Shown: positions 27,815 through 41,203, counted from the first letter of the stretch. The stretch is DNA of 64,000 nucleotides from Eledone cirrhosa (GCA_964016885.1 OZ024754.1:14880001-14944000); one strand, 5' to 3'. Notes: a model not told the origin generated them from the letters alone. A program made the numbers and translations.

Positions 27815-27863
27815 ATAATGTATATATATGTATGTATATAATGTATATATATGTATGTATATA

Positions 27864-27953
<90 letters not shown>

Positions 27954-28329
27954 TTGTAGTCAATTTATCAAGGATGTTCCAATCTGTGAATTGTCTTGAA
28001 AAGGATAAATTGGTTTAGTGTAATCTAATGTTGCTAAGCTAAGAGAAGGGAACATTCAATATACACACTTGTGTGTGTGTGTGTGTGTGTGTCTGTGTGT
28101 CTGTGTATGCGTGTGCGTGTGTGTGTGTGTGTGTGTTTGTGTATGCGTGCGTGTGTTTCTAGGTGTGTCCATGTGTGAGTTTATGGTTGTTGTTGGTGTT
28201 TTTATTTTGTTAACTACTTCTCTCACCTCTGTCAGTCTCTGTGTGTGTGTGTGTGTATGTGTGTGTGCACGTCTGTATGTATGTATGTGTGTGTGTGTAT
28301 GTGTAGGTATGCATTAAAGGTTGTTGTTG

Positions 28330-28760
28330 TTGTTGTTATCGTGTTAGCTAATTCCTTCACACGTGTGTGTGTGTGTGAATGTATGTATTTCTAGGTGTGT
28401 TTATATATGTGTGTATGTGTATGCATTTATTGCTACTGTTGTTATTGTTTTGTGAGCTAATTCCTTCACCTGTGTGTGTGTGTGTGTGTGTGTTTGTGTG
28501 TGTGTGAATGTATGTATTTCTAGGTGTGTATGTGTATGTGTGTGGTTCTATTGCTGCTGCTGTTGTTGTTGTTGTTATTGTTTTGTGAGCTAATTCCTTC
28601 ACCTGTGTGTGTGTGTGTGTGTGAATGTATGTATTTCTAGGTGTGTTTATGTATGTGTATGTGTGTGGTTCTATTGCTGCTGCTGCTGTTGTTGTTGTTG
28701 TTATTATTTTGTTACCTAATTCCTTCACCTGTGTTCCATCTGCTGTTGTTGTTGTTGTTA
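28330..28760. repeat. tandem compound-microsatellite unit (~110-130 bp, 3-4 copies)
   Basis: Repeated GCTAATTCCTTCACCTG(TG)n..ATTTCTAGGTGTGT..(GCT)n(GTT)n. Confidence 0.8.
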
Positions 28761-29200
28761 GCGGAGTCGTGCTATTTATTGCAAAATGCATTGACGTATA
28801 CCTATGGTAATAGCGTGAGAGGGGGAGGAGGGGGGTAGATAGTTAGAGTGAGAGAGGGAGAGATAGAGTGAGGGAGAGCTAGAGTGAGGGAGAGATAGCG
28901 AGAGAGAGGGAGAGAGAGAGTGTATGTGTGTGTGTGTGTGTGTTTGTTATATAGGGCGGTATCTTATCCAAATATACGCACTTACACACACACGTGCACA
29001 CTCATGCACACTTGTGCACGTACACGCACATACAGTGATTCATGCATATATACGCGCGCGCCCATGTACGTTTGCATACAAACACACACACACATGTATA
29101 TATGTAAACACACACACACACATATATATATGTGTGTGTGTGTGTGTGTATACAAACACACGCGCGCGCGCGTTTATATGCATGAATCACTGTATATATA

Positions 29201-29300
<100 letters not shown>

Positions 29301-29545
29301 AAAATGGAACGGGAACAAAACAGAGAGGCAGTACGAACAAAGGTTTATTAGTTTCACGCTCTTGAGAGTGGAGGGGTGGGTGGGTGGGTGATATAAACGA
29401 GTATATATATATATATATATATATATACCAAACGTAAGGTTAACGAGTATGGTATTGTCTGTGTGTATGTTGTAAGGAAGTCAGGTTTGACTGGCCCAAA
29501 ATTATAAAATGAAGCTGATAAACGTATATTATGTAAAGATATCAA

Positions 29546-29931
29546 TGGCGGTCAGTATCGGTAGAGGGTCGGACGCCATGCTTTGACGCATAGAGTTACG
29601 GCCCTTGCCATTCTGAGTTCAAATCCCGCCGATGTTAACTTTGCCTTTCATCCTTACGGGGTCGATAAAATAAAGTACCAGTAATACACTGGGATAATTG
29701 CTGGCCTTGTGCCAAAAGTAGAAACATTATGTAAAGATATCAAAGGCGGTGGATTGGCAGTATCGGTAGAGGGTCGGACGCCATGCTTTGAAGCATAGAG
29801 TTACCTCCCTGTATGATCTGAGTTCAAATCCCGCCGAGGTTAACTTTGCCTTTCATCCTTACGGGGTCGATAAAATAAAGTACCAGTAATGCACTGGGAT
29901 ACTTGCTGGCCTTGTGCCAAAAGTAGAAACA
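29546..29931 (+). mobile_element. two head-to-tail SINE family 1 copies
   Basis: ATTATGTAAAGATATCAA occurs before, between and after the copies. Confidence 0.9.
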
Positions 29932-30004
29932 TTATGTAAAGATATCAAAGTGGCGTAGAGCGTAGCTAGCACGTGTACTTCTGAATATCTCCTTTTCACT
30001 TCCG

Positions 30005-30097
<93 letters not shown>

Positions 30098-30233
30098 GCG
30101 CGGACAAACCATCATCACTAGGAAAGAAAGTGACTTTGGTCAGATTAGTAGAGGGATGGGCTCCCCGAAGGCTTTATAGCGCAAGGAAGGTTATGACGGC
30201 GCTCCTACGATTCCTTCGGGATGATGCTGATAT

Positions 30234-30293
<60 letters not shown>

Positions 30294-30396
30294 TCGGTTA
30301 GTTAGAGAGAGAGAGAAGAGGTAGGGTGGGTTAGTTAGAGAGAGTAAGAGAGAGAGAGAGAGAGAGAGAAGATGTAGGGTGGGTTAGTTAGAGAGA

Positions 30397-30441
<45 letters not shown>

Positions 30442-31133
30442 AGAGAGAGAAATACAACAGAGTTGCCCTGCACGGGCAAACAAGTCATACGATAGTATAA
30501 AACCACAAGGGACTACATTATTTGTGCCACATTAATTGATTATAAGATTTGCTAGATATAGCAGCCATACCTCCCTCTAATTATATCCTACTAACATGAA
30601 AAAAGAGAATAGATATATTGAATAGTGTTTATTCTTTGTTGTTGAATGAAAAGGTCTTTTTATTCTTTCACTCAACAAAGAATAAAAAAAAAAGAAAAAA
30701 TCCATTAACAAACACAATCACGGTTGAATATATAATTGTCCCTCATTAGACAATAAACTGATCTGTAGATGAAGATAACCAATCTATACACAATTGTAAG
30801 CAAACCAATAAATGTACAACTACACACAACACAAGATAAAAAAGGAAAAACCATAACTCCAAGGAAACCTCAACTCTTTTACTCTTTTACCTGTTCCAGC
30901 CATCTAGCTGAGGCCATGCTGGGGCACCTTTGTCTTTCTTTCCTTCCGTTTATTTTTTTTTCAAATCCCCCAGAAACCTATTCTTTGACAAATGTGCCAC
31001 CCAACCCCTAAATACTCCTTTCAATCATATTTATAACTATAGTTGTATTTGTATTTACTTCTTTCTTTTTTTTTTCTTCTTGTTTCTGTCTGCAAACCCT
31101 AAAAATTATCTTGAAGTCTTGACACAGTGTAAT

Positions 31134-31239
<106 letters not shown>

Positions 31240-31307
31240 ACGCTGACACAAACAACATCTGGAGTATTATTATGAATAGAAAAGAACATTTTAATTTAAA
31301 CCAAAAG

Positions 31308-31727
31308 AACTCCCATGACTTTCGGAAACATTTTTTCACGCTTAGAGTTGCTGAAGCATGGAACAAACTGCCTGCGTCAGTTGTTAGCTGTCGAGACACT
31401 GCACCCTTTAAAACCTCCATGGGACAAACTGCCTGCGTCAGTTGTTAGCTATCGAGACACTGCATCCTTTAAAACCTCCATGGAACAATCTGCCTGCGTC
31501 AGTTGTTAGCTGCCGGGACACTGCATCCTTTAAAACCCTCATGCTTCCCGAAATTCGCCAAAACTACACCTGATGTACCCCTTCCATACACATGCACGCA
31601 TGTGTATATCATGACTCATGCACTGTTCATTTTCCTGACGTTTGTACATTACCCTATGTACTATACATACACTTTTTGATGAGTTGTAGTGCACCTGAGC
31701 ACTGTACACAATATCTTCATTATTATT
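31308..31727 (+). mobile_element. CR1-clade LINE 3' end with a triplicated 61-bp segment
   Basis: FRKHFFTLRVAEAWNKLPASVVSCRDTAPFK matches the CR1 C-terminal FFxxRVxxxWNxLP motif; (ATT)n tail. Confidence 0.8.
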
Positions 31728-31909
31728 GTTGGCAGTATCGGTAGAGGGTCGGACGCCATGCTTACCAGCATAGTTACGTCCCTTTACGATCTGAGTTCAA
31801 ATCCCACCGAGGTTAACTTTGCCTTTCATCCTTACGGGGTCGATAAAATAAAGTACCAGTAATGCACTGGGTTATTGCTGGCCTTGTGCCTAAATTAGAA
31901 ACAATTATT
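31728..31909 (+). mobile_element. SINE family 1
   Basis: Full head, core and tail. Confidence 0.9.
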
Positions 31910-32240
31910 AACTTTCTAGTGAATCAATTCAACCCTGATCTGTTAAGCCCAAACTTCATACAGAACAAATGAATAAGAAAAAGTTTCGACAAAAATTTCA
32001 ACTGTCCAAAAGATATGACAAGAAACTATTTTTGATATTTGATAAGAATGACTTACCAACCAACCGGTGACATTTGACAACATTTAAATCCATTTAATGT
32101 AACAATTATAAATATATTCACCCCGTCGTTATATATGTATATATATATGTGTTTGTTTTGTTTCATTTATCATATATATATATATATATATACATATATA
32201 TTCAAGTAAGTATATTTTTGAAACAGCGAGTTGGTTTGAA

Positions 32241-32393
32241 ATTATTAGAAATGTAAGCTATCGCCGTATTTTGACTAAAGAAATTAAAGAAATTATTAGC
32301 CTGATAGTGGGGTTAAGAACCCTCGGAGAAATGGAAAAAGATGAGTATTGACGTACATGTCAAAATACGGCGATAGCTAACATTTCTAATAAT
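32241..32393. repeat. inverted repeat (~35-bp arms) next to (TA)n
   Basis: ATTATTAGAAATGTAAGCTATCGCCGTATTTTGAC and its reverse complement. Confidence 0.7.
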
Positions 32394-32456
<63 letters not shown>

Positions 32457-32459
<3 letters not shown>

Positions 32460-32593
32460 CAGAATTAGCCGTCGAAACGGCTTGAGCTCAGCCGTCGGGG
32501 TCCTACTTGTTCTTATTTCCCACTCTACTACCCTAAGTATTGAGTACTTTGGTGCGTTATGGTCCATCTGGTTCCTTACCACATTTCCTTCGT

Positions 32594-32653
<60 letters not shown>

Positions 32654-32670
32654 CACACACACATATATAT

Positions 32671-32720
<50 letters not shown>

Positions 32721-32881
32721 CATAGAAATTTCGTATTTCTAAAGAAACAGGGTATGCTTACAGGTAAACATTTAGAAAGCCATAGCTATGCAAAAAACAT
32801 CGGGGCTAACGCCCTCTGGTGGTGTCCGGCAGAAGCATCGGGGACAATCGTCAATGCATTTCGGGTGTGTGTGTATGTGTG

Positions 32882-32957
<76 letters not shown>

Positions 32958-33080
32958 CAAAGGAATTGTGGTAAGGAACCAAATGGACCGTAACGCACCA
33001 CAGTACTCAATACTTAGGGTAGTAGAGTGGGAAATAGGAAGTCGAAACGGCTGAGCTCTGCCGTCGGGGTCATACTTTTT

Positions 33081-33082
<2 letters not shown>
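32457..33082. mobile_element. two opposed PLE pLTR family D pieces with truncated HHR 3' halves
   Basis: GAAACGGC(T)TGAGCTC.GCCGTC-GGGG at ~32475 and ~33044; shared CTACTACCCTAAGTATTGAGTAC, also at 12950-13025. Confidence 0.55.
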
Positions 33083-33165
<83 letters not shown>

Positions 33166-33168
33166 ATA

Positions 33169-33545
33169 CCAAGATATTAATAAATGGAAACTATATTTAT
33201 AAAACCATATTTATTTTATAATATATATTTCAAGGGCGACCAAGCCAATCTTGGTGCGCTTTCATCAGATAAAATACAAAATTTGTTTTATAAATAACGA
33301 CATACCCATGGAAATCAACCTTAACGGTTGGAAATTCGCTGGATATGTCGTTATTTATAAAACAAATTTTGTATTTTATCTGATGAAAGCGCACCAAGAT
33401 TGGCTTGGTCGGTCGCCCTTGAAATATATATAATAAAATAAATATGGTTTTATATATATAGTTTCCATTTATTAATATCTTGGAATATTTACTCCAGTAA
33501 ACTGTTGAGTGCTCTATATCAGTTATAAACATTTATGTTTGTCGG
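33169..33545. mobile_element. PLE pLTR family C fold-back with two long-stem-II HHRs
   Basis: Arms span 33169-33483; HHR (+) 33372-33440 TATTTTAT-CTGATGA-AAG..ACCAAG/CTTGGT..CTT-GAAA-TATATATA-ATAAAATA; HHR (-) 33212-33276. Confidence 0.8.
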
Positions 33546-33572
33546 AATTCCAACACATTAAATACAACTTCT

Positions 33573-33613
<41 letters not shown>

Positions 33614-33619
33614 CATACA

Positions 33620-33677
<58 letters not shown>

Positions 33678-33679
<2 letters not shown>

Positions 33680-34350
33680 TATGTATGTATACGTACATAC
33701 ATATATGTATACAGACGTACAGTAGCATGTATATATATATACATACAGGCACACATACATATATGCACGTATCAGTTTACCGAACATTTATTATAATACT
33801 CGGTTTGTTCGATTGTAAACAAACAAACAGCCCGAATTACGCCGTACAGTGTTTAGGCAACCACGTCACCTTTTTGTTCAACACTGACATTCTATTCCAT
33901 TTATCGTTTTCGGTGCGCCTGGCCGACTGAACTCACTCGATATGCAAATTAGGCTGCTCAGCCGTTAATTTTCATAAGGAAAGTATATACTTTCGGACGT
34001 TCAACCATCTGGCAGAAAGGTATACAATGCTGACGATAGCTAATAAGCTTGAAACTAGTACATCGTTCCTGTGTCAGTGTTGAACAAAAAGGTGACGTGG
34101 TTGCCTAAACACTGTACGGCGTAATTCAGGCTGTTTGTTTGTTTACAAACGAACAAACCGAGCATTATAATAATAAATGTTCGGTAAACCGATACGTGCA
34201 TATATGTATGTGTGCCTGTATGTATATATATATACATGCTACTGTCCGTCTGTATACATATATGTATGTACGTATACATACATACTTACATTTAAGTAAG
34301 TGCCGTACTAAGAGTGAGAAATGAAATTTCGTTTCATTCTATTCCATTTA
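33678..34350 (+). mobile_element. PLE family A: near-complete pLTR preceded by an inverted partial copy
   Basis: 33678-33888 is inverted relative to 34073-34285; CATTCTATTCCATTTA occurs at both ends of the unit. Confidence 0.75.
34027..34063 (+). ncRNA. minimal hammerhead ribozyme
   Basis: ATG-CTGACGA-T-AGC(TAATAA)GCT-T-GAAAC-TA-GTA-CAT. Confidence 0.75.
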
Positions 34351-34361
34351 TATATATATAC

Positions 34362-34400
<39 letters not shown>

Positions 34401-34445
34401 AATATATATATATGTATATATATATATACACACATATATATACAC

Positions 34446-34515
<70 letters not shown>

Positions 34516-34518
<3 letters not shown>

Positions 34519-34759
34519 TCTAAAGTCTGTCTTAAGCCAAAGGGTTCATCAGGCCAGTGCTTCCTAGTTCCATGGTGTGAAGCGACTGAGAATGCAAGAC
34601 TTAATCCTGGACAGGACGCTAGTCCATCGCAGGGTTAAACTCCCAGTATATTGGAGCAACGTGAAATGAAGTGTTTTGCTCAAGAACACAACACGCAGCC
34701 CAGGAATCGAACCCACGACATTATGATTGTAAGTCCAACACCCTTACCACTAGGCCACT
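34516..34759 (-). mobile_element. SINE family 2
   Basis: Homologous to 20336-20615. Confidence 0.8.
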
Positions 34760-34762
34760 TTC

Positions 34763-34835
<73 letters not shown>

Positions 34836-35358
34836 ACACACACACACACCACACACACACACGCATATTTTTACATATATATATGTGTGTTAAGTATTTC
34901 TGTAGAAAAGGTAAATGAAAGAAGAGTGCTAGTACAGAGCTATTTAATTATATAGTAAACAACAAAATATAATTATTCCATTACCAAAGGTTTCAGGAAA
35001 CTAGACAATCCTTATAGAAACGTCCAGCTCGTTCATCAGAAGAAATAATTATGTTTTGGATATAAGATTTGAAATTGATATCTATTAAAAATGAAAGTGA
35101 GGCAGAGTTAAAATAACCTCTTATAACGGAGAATATATATAATTATATACGCACATATAAATATAAATATATGCACACACACACATAAAATCATATGCGC
35201 ACATCTATACATACATCCATATAGACCACACCCTAATATAGACCACATATACACTCATACAGACATACATACACACATATATACATACTATACGTACACA
35301 CACATACACACATAACTATATTGTGTTGTTTATTATGTAATTATGTAATTATATATAT

Positions 35359-35393
<35 letters not shown>

Positions 35394-35426
35394 GCCACAT
35401 CGGACACTGGAATAGTTCCTTTATTT

Positions 35427-35464
35427 TCCTCGGAAGAAGAGATATTAATCTCGAAATATCAGGA
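35427..35464 (+). ncRNA. degenerate hammerhead ribozyme
   Basis: TCCT-CGGAAGA-A-GAGAT(ATTA)ATCTC-GAAA-TATC-AGGA; core has U4G. Confidence 0.5.
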
Positions 35465-35577
35465 CATGAATAACTTAAGGTAGAAGAATAACCCCTGTTT
35501 CTTGCGATTTAATTATTTTCTGTCCAAACCTGCATTGTCGTGGCTTTCAAACTTCCAAATCTTTACCCCCCCCCCCC

Positions 35578-35650
<73 letters not shown>

Positions 35651-36123
35651 TGTGTGTATAAAAGAATATATATATATATGTATATATATGGTGGGTGTAG
35701 AATGTGTGAGAACATATATATGTGTGTAGCCAAATGAGAGCGGTAGTTTTTAGCATTCAGAGGTATTTAGTGTTTGCAGCCAACAGGTAGACGTGCGTAT
35801 ATATTTCATTAGTTATGATATTATAATGAGCTAGGTTTTATGATGTACCTTGATCAGTGGATTTATGACTTCTAATATCATCAAAAAATTTATGAGAATA
35901 GTTTATCATACGATTTATGATGGCACATAATCAGATATATGATATACGGTAAACACATACATATGTATATATATATATATATATATATGTGCGTGTGCGT
36001 GTGTGCAAAATGTTCAGTAAGTCCGAAAAAAACTAATGCGAGAACCAAGGTCAGCACTCGATACAGAGCAGAGTGGATATAATAAGAAAAAAGTGGAGGT
36101 GCTACATAGGAGATTTATTGCTC

Positions 36124-36186
36124 AACCCGGTTACAAATGTTTCCCATGCAGCCTCCTTGTGAGCTGGGGTCATCCCAGACCAGACT
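36124..36186 (-). ncRNA. degenerate hammerhead-like motif
   Basis: CTGGT-CTGGGATGA-CCCCAGC..GCTG..GG-GAAAC-ATTT-GTA-ACCGG; 2-nt insertion in the core. Confidence 0.4.
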
Positions 36187-36594
36187 CAAAGTCTGCCTGA
36201 TCCTCAGACCAGTGTTAACACAACAAAAATCACGCTGACGCTTCGGACCTAAATGCACGTATAATGCCCCCCACCCCACCCCAACCCCCACCCTCCCCGA
36301 GTAGAACGCTTACAGCTGATTACTAAGGAAAGGTCTACCTGCACATCTTCTTCTGAGGACATACCTATACCGGATAGCAACACTTACCTGTGTAGGATGC
36401 TACAGTACAGGGACTCATTTACCTAACGATTGCGGTAGCGTGCTTACCCGTTACACCGCGCCACCGCCACGGAGTGAATCACATCTGACGCTGACCCTTC
36501 GGACCTAAAGTATTACTTCAAATCCCGTTTGAACTCCCCCTCACAATGTGCCTAAATCAGAAACCATTATTATTGGTAGTAGTACTAGTAGTAC

Positions 36595-36651
<57 letters not shown>

Positions 36652-36685
36652 CAGTAGTAGTAGTAGTTTTAGTTGTAAAGGGAGG

Positions 36686-37502
36686 GTGGTGGATTGGTAG
36701 TATCGGTTGTGCGCCGGACAACACACATTGAGACATTGAGTTACGTCGTTTTACATTTTGAATTCAAATCTAGCCGGGGTTAGCTTGGAATTTCATCCTT
36801 ACGGTGTCGATAAAATAAAGTACCAGTAATGCATTGGTTCGATGTAATCGACTTTCTCTTGCCTCCAAAATTGTTGGCTTCTTGCCTTAACCAAAGACCA
36901 TTATTAGCAGTGGATTGGGCGGTGGATTGGCAGTATCGGTAGAGGGTCGGACGCCATGCTCTGACGTATAGAGTTATGGCCCTTGCCGTTCTGAGTTCAA
37001 ATCCCGCCGAAGTTAACTTTGCCTTTCATCCTTACGGGGTCGATAAAATAAAGTACCAGTAATGTACTGGGTAATTGCTGGCCTTGTGCCAAAAGTAGAA
37101 ACAATTATTAGCGGTGGATTGGCAGTATCGGTAGAGGGTCGGACGCCATGCTTTACAGCAAAGAGTTACGGCCCTTTATGGTCTGAGTTCAAATCCTGCC
37201 GAGGTTAACTTTGCCTTTCATCCTTATGGGGGGGTCGATAAAATCAAACACCAGTAATACACTGGGGTAATTGCTGGCCTTGTGCCAAAAGTAGAAACAA
37301 TTATTAGCGGTGGATTGGCAGTATCGGTAGAGGGTCGGACGCCATGCTTTACAGCAAAGAGTTACGGCCCTTTATGGTCTGAGTTCAAATCCTGCCGAGG
37401 TTAACTTTGCCTTTCATCCTTATGGGGGGGTCGATAAAATCAAACACCAGTAATACACTGGGGTAATTGCTGGTCTTGTGCCAAAAGTAGAAACAATTAT
37501 TA
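36686..37502 (+). mobile_element. tandem array of four SINE family 1 copies
   Basis: Copies start at ~36686, 36917, 37110 and 37307; the last two are nearly identical. Confidence 0.9.
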
Positions 37503-37579
37503 GTCGTAGAAGCCGAGCCGTCTTCAGTTGTAACTCTGATACATATACATTGCAGGATAAGAATATATATACATATATA

Positions 37580-37891
37580 TAGAAGTAGTTCCGCAACAGT
37601 TAATTCACCATTTCCGAGAACAATTAGTTTCACCTTAGACGGATCATCAGCTCGGTTTAAATGAGATTATACGTGAGTTGCCTCTCCTTTGAGAAGAACT
37701 TCTTCTGCGCATGTGTATTCGTATAATTGTTTCCCATTCCGTATAATCTCATTTAAACCGACCTGATGATCCGTCTAAGGTGAAACAAATTGTTCTCGGA
37801 AATGGTGAATTAACTGTTGTGGAACTACTTCTACCAAACTTGTACCATGGACTGAGTGCTCTATTACTATGGATATAGTCCACCAGTGTTC

Positions 37892-37895
<4 letters not shown>
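37580..37895. mobile_element. PLE pLTR family E fold-back with two HHRs
   Basis: Arms span 37580-37833; HHR (-) 37614-37655 CCGAG-CTGATGA-TCC..GGT-GAAAC..GTT-CTCGG; HHR (+) 37758-37799. Confidence 0.8.
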
Positions 37896-37924
<29 letters not shown>

Positions 37925-37927
<3 letters not shown>

Positions 37928-38386
37928 CGTTTCTGAATTTGTTTAGCAAGATTCTTTATCTGAAATCGTGTGTTGAAACCGATATTGTTATACTTTGGGA
38001 GGGTCATGTTGCCAATAAGAAACACACGCACCAGTTGCTTTCACTTCAATTTATTATATATTTATAAATGAACATAAACACACACAGACACCCGGATGTG
38101 GCGCATGCGCAGACTGAGCACACAACACACACACAGAAACAAAATGGCGTAGGACAGAAACAAAGGAGAGGCACAGAAACAAAGAAAGGAATCCCCAGTC
38201 ACTGAAGAGGTCACAGAGTGTGTGACGAAAGAACTATGACTATATATAAACAACTATCTGGTTGTGGAACCAACCAACCAGAAATTTATAAATTTATAAA
38301 TTTATAAATATATAATAAATTGAAGTGAAAGCAACTGGTGCGTGTGTTTCTTATTGGCAACATGACTCTCCCAAAGTATAACAATA
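37925..38386 (+). mobile_element. PLE pLTR family F with an inverted 5' piece
   Basis: Arms at 37983-38066 and 38302-38386; terminus homologous to that of the GIY-YIG element at 43848-45140. Confidence 0.8.
38197..38241 (+). ncRNA. hammerhead ribozyme
   Basis: AGTCA-CTGAAGA-G-GTCACA(GAGTG)TGTGAC-GAAAG-AA-CTA-TGACT. Confidence 0.8.
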
Positions 38387-38786
38387 TATATATATATATA
38401 TATATAATCACATATATTTTTATTTGTTTGACCCGAATTACTTGATCGTTTTTTTTGGCTGTGTGGATGATTGTTTAACCATCGCCTCAGTGTGTTTGCC
38501 CTTTAACGTATGTTGTGGCTCGGGTTTTTCTGAACCATTGAGCACTTGCCACACAACTCGGAGGTTGTTTTTCCTTATTTCGTGAGCCGAAATACGATTC
38601 TCGATAATTTATATTTGTTTATATATATATATATATATTGAGTATATGTTGGTTGTTTACCGACACCTTAGTGTGCAGATTGGAGCACTCGACGAAGTAC
38701 GCAGGTTGGTTTGGTTACTCCGGAGTAATGTAAAATAAAGTAATTAAGTCAAATATTTAAAATTTGGCTTCGTTTATTAAAGATGT

Positions 38787-38841
38787 ACTGCTATATATAT
38801 TTCAGTGACAGCCATCATTGGCTGTGACCTCTTCAGGCAGT
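38787..38841 (-). ncRNA. hammerhead ribozyme with long stem II
   Basis: ACTGC-CTGAAGA-GGTCACAGCCA(ATGA)TGGCTGTCACT-GAAA-TATATATA-GCAGT. Confidence 0.8.
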
Positions 38842-38875
38842 CTGAATTGGTGTGGTAGAGACAGGTAGACATGTT

Positions 38876-39019
38876 GTTAAAGTGTTTTACTCCGTCAATA
38901 CTCCGATGTGTCCAGCTCCTGGTTGGGTTGTTATTTCTCTGATTCCAGTTCCTCAGAGAAATAACAACCCAACCAGGAGCTGGACACATCGGAGTATTGA
39001 CGGAGTAAAACACTTTAAC
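38876..39019. repeat. near-perfect fold-back with ~66-bp arms
   Basis: GTTAAAGTGTTTTACTCCG...CTCTGA, loop TTCCAGTTCC, then TCAGAG...CACTTTAAC. Confidence 0.9.
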
Positions 39020-39117
39020 TCCCAATGAACAGGGTTGTAATGTGTGTTGGGATTCTCTCACCTCACCAAATATAATAGTGAAGTACTACACTATAATCAC
39101 ATATTGTAATATTATAT

Positions 39118-39306
39118 AGGTGGATTGGTAGTATCGGTAGAGGGTCGGACGCCATGCTTTGACGCATAGAGTTACGGCCCTTGCCATTCTAAGTTCAAAT
39201 CCCGCTGAGGTTAACTTTGCCTTTCATCCTTACGGGGTCGATAAAATAAAGTACCAGTAATACACTGGGATAATTGCTGGCCTTGTGCTAAAAGTCGAAA
39301 CAATTA
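39118..39306 (+). mobile_element. SINE family 1
   Basis: Full length; TSD-like AATTATATA. Confidence 0.9.
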
Positions 39307-39796
39307 TATATATATATCAACTTAATAAAAATTAACAAAGAAAGTTCAAAATAACGAGCGGAAACAAGGCAAAACTAAAAACTATTTTTCAAGGGGAAAC
39401 CTTAAAAATATTTTTAGTAAATAAAAATACAAACGAAGGATACAGAACTCCCGGGTCACCGGCCATTGAGATGGACTTTGGCTGTTTTGACTCCTGCCAA
39501 TGGTACTGCTGGTATATCCGGCGTCACAGCGTCTGATACAAGCCAGACTCTGTATAATTGTTAGCATGGATTAAAAGTTTAAGCAAACAGTTTCTGCTCT
39601 CACCCTAAAGCGAGTTCTGATTCTGAGTTTGCTTTTTTTAATCTGTTGATATATGGTAATGATATATATTTGCACTGTTAATTAATCAATGAACCTTGTT
39701 TAACTTTTGGTTATATATATATATATAATCAAGGGTTAGCAAATAAGATAAAGTTTTAAAATAAATTTTAAAAAGTTCACTGTATCTATTATAATT

Positions 39797-39880
39797 ACCC
39801 ATACCGCGCGGTTTCAACACTCAAAATAAATGGATAATCCATGCGGAAATTCATTGAGAAGAAGACTTTCGTCAGAGGGT
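39797..39880 (-). ncRNA. hammerhead ribozyme candidate with very long stem II
   Basis: ACCCT-CTGACGA-AA..CTCAA..ATGGAT/ATCCAT..TTGAG..TT-GAAAC-CGCGCG-GTA-TGGGT. Confidence 0.55.
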
Positions 39881-40165
39881 TCTTCTCACTCGGAGAATAT
39901 AAAATTCCCGAGTTCAAATCACGAACTGGCGCCATACAGAACTGTTCCCGGATGATGAAGAAACAATTTTGTCTACTGCCGTGTGTAAACATAGAAGGCA
40001 AGGGGCGGAAAGGTCAATGTCCTGCCACTAGAAATAGCAACAGTTAAAACGACCAAAATGTTATCTCGACTAGGGGAGATTAATATTATTAAAGTATGTT
40101 TCCCTACATGCAAAATGCATATAGGGACACATGTATTATCCAACCGTATGCCAATGTGGTTCTAT

Positions 40166-40199
<34 letters not shown>

Positions 40200-40200
<1 letters not shown>

Positions 40201-40543
40201 GCAACTCTGAATGGTATCCAATGATGTTGACTTGTTCTTCTTTTTGGTAAATATCATCTCGGTTAAGAGAGTGGGACTGGCTTTGTGCAGTGCCTTTGCT
40301 CACTATAAAAGCTTCGCGGCACAGGCATTGCTTTATATCTGGAGATCTCTCTGCACTTGTCGTCACATGGTACCATGGGCCCAGCACTATGTGTCAATAT
40401 TTGTCACAAGTGTAATGTTTGTACCAGAGTTTTCAAGTCGCTGGCTGGACTAAAAAGTCACACTCGCTCAGCGCATCTTTAGGGGTTCTCCTACATGGAT
40501 ATAAAGTAGTGGCCGTACTCGAAAACGAGTTGGCAGCCACCAT
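40200..40543 (+). mobile_element. RTE-type LINE 3' end with a C-terminal C2H2 finger
   Basis: CNVCTRVFKSLAGLKSHTRSAHL* at 40411-40482; 3' hairpin ACTCG(AAAA)CGAGT-TGGCAGCCACCA, also seen at ~49840-49870. Confidence 0.65.
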
Positions 40544-40848
40544 ATATATATATATATATATATATGTTAGATAATTCTGAAGGAAAAGCCCTATCGAGTC
40601 CGTTCTGGATTTTGGTCTACCACCAGCCACCACCGCTACCATCAACCCCAAACACCAAAACTACCACTGCTACCCCCACCACTACTAACAACAACAACAA
40701 CAACTACAACACCATCTGCTAATGACTAAGTTAGATTGACAGTAATATCTTCTGAAATGGTACAGATAACGCCTTCAGTCCTGAGCTTCTGGTCATTCCC
40801 CCCCTCTCTCTCTCTCTATCTCTATCTATCTATATATCTATCTATCTA

Positions 40849-40884
<36 letters not shown>

Positions 40885-41164
40885 CTCTCTCTATCTATCT
40901 AACCCCCCCCCCCTCTCTCCATCTATCTATCTATTTATCTATCTTTCTCTCTCTCTCTATCTCCCCCTCTCTCTCTATACCCCCACTCCGCCTCTCTCTC
41001 TCTCCCTCTCTCTCTATCTATATATATCCCCCCCCCTCTCTCATTTTCTCTCTCTCTGTATCAATACATGAGGCTACTCTCACGGAAACCTTTTCCCACT
41101 CTTACCCATACAGAGATACAGATATATAGCCACACACACACACATACACTCACACACATACACA

Positions 41165-41203
<39 letters not shown>

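Noticed and set aside
36917-37010. tRNA genes
   Set aside because: The A and B boxes belong to SINE heads; no complete cloverleaf or terminator
40411-40482. Exon of a host C2H2 zinc-finger gene
   Set aside because: A single finger followed by a stop and a LINE-type 3' end that recurs at ~49850; better explained as an RTE C-terminus
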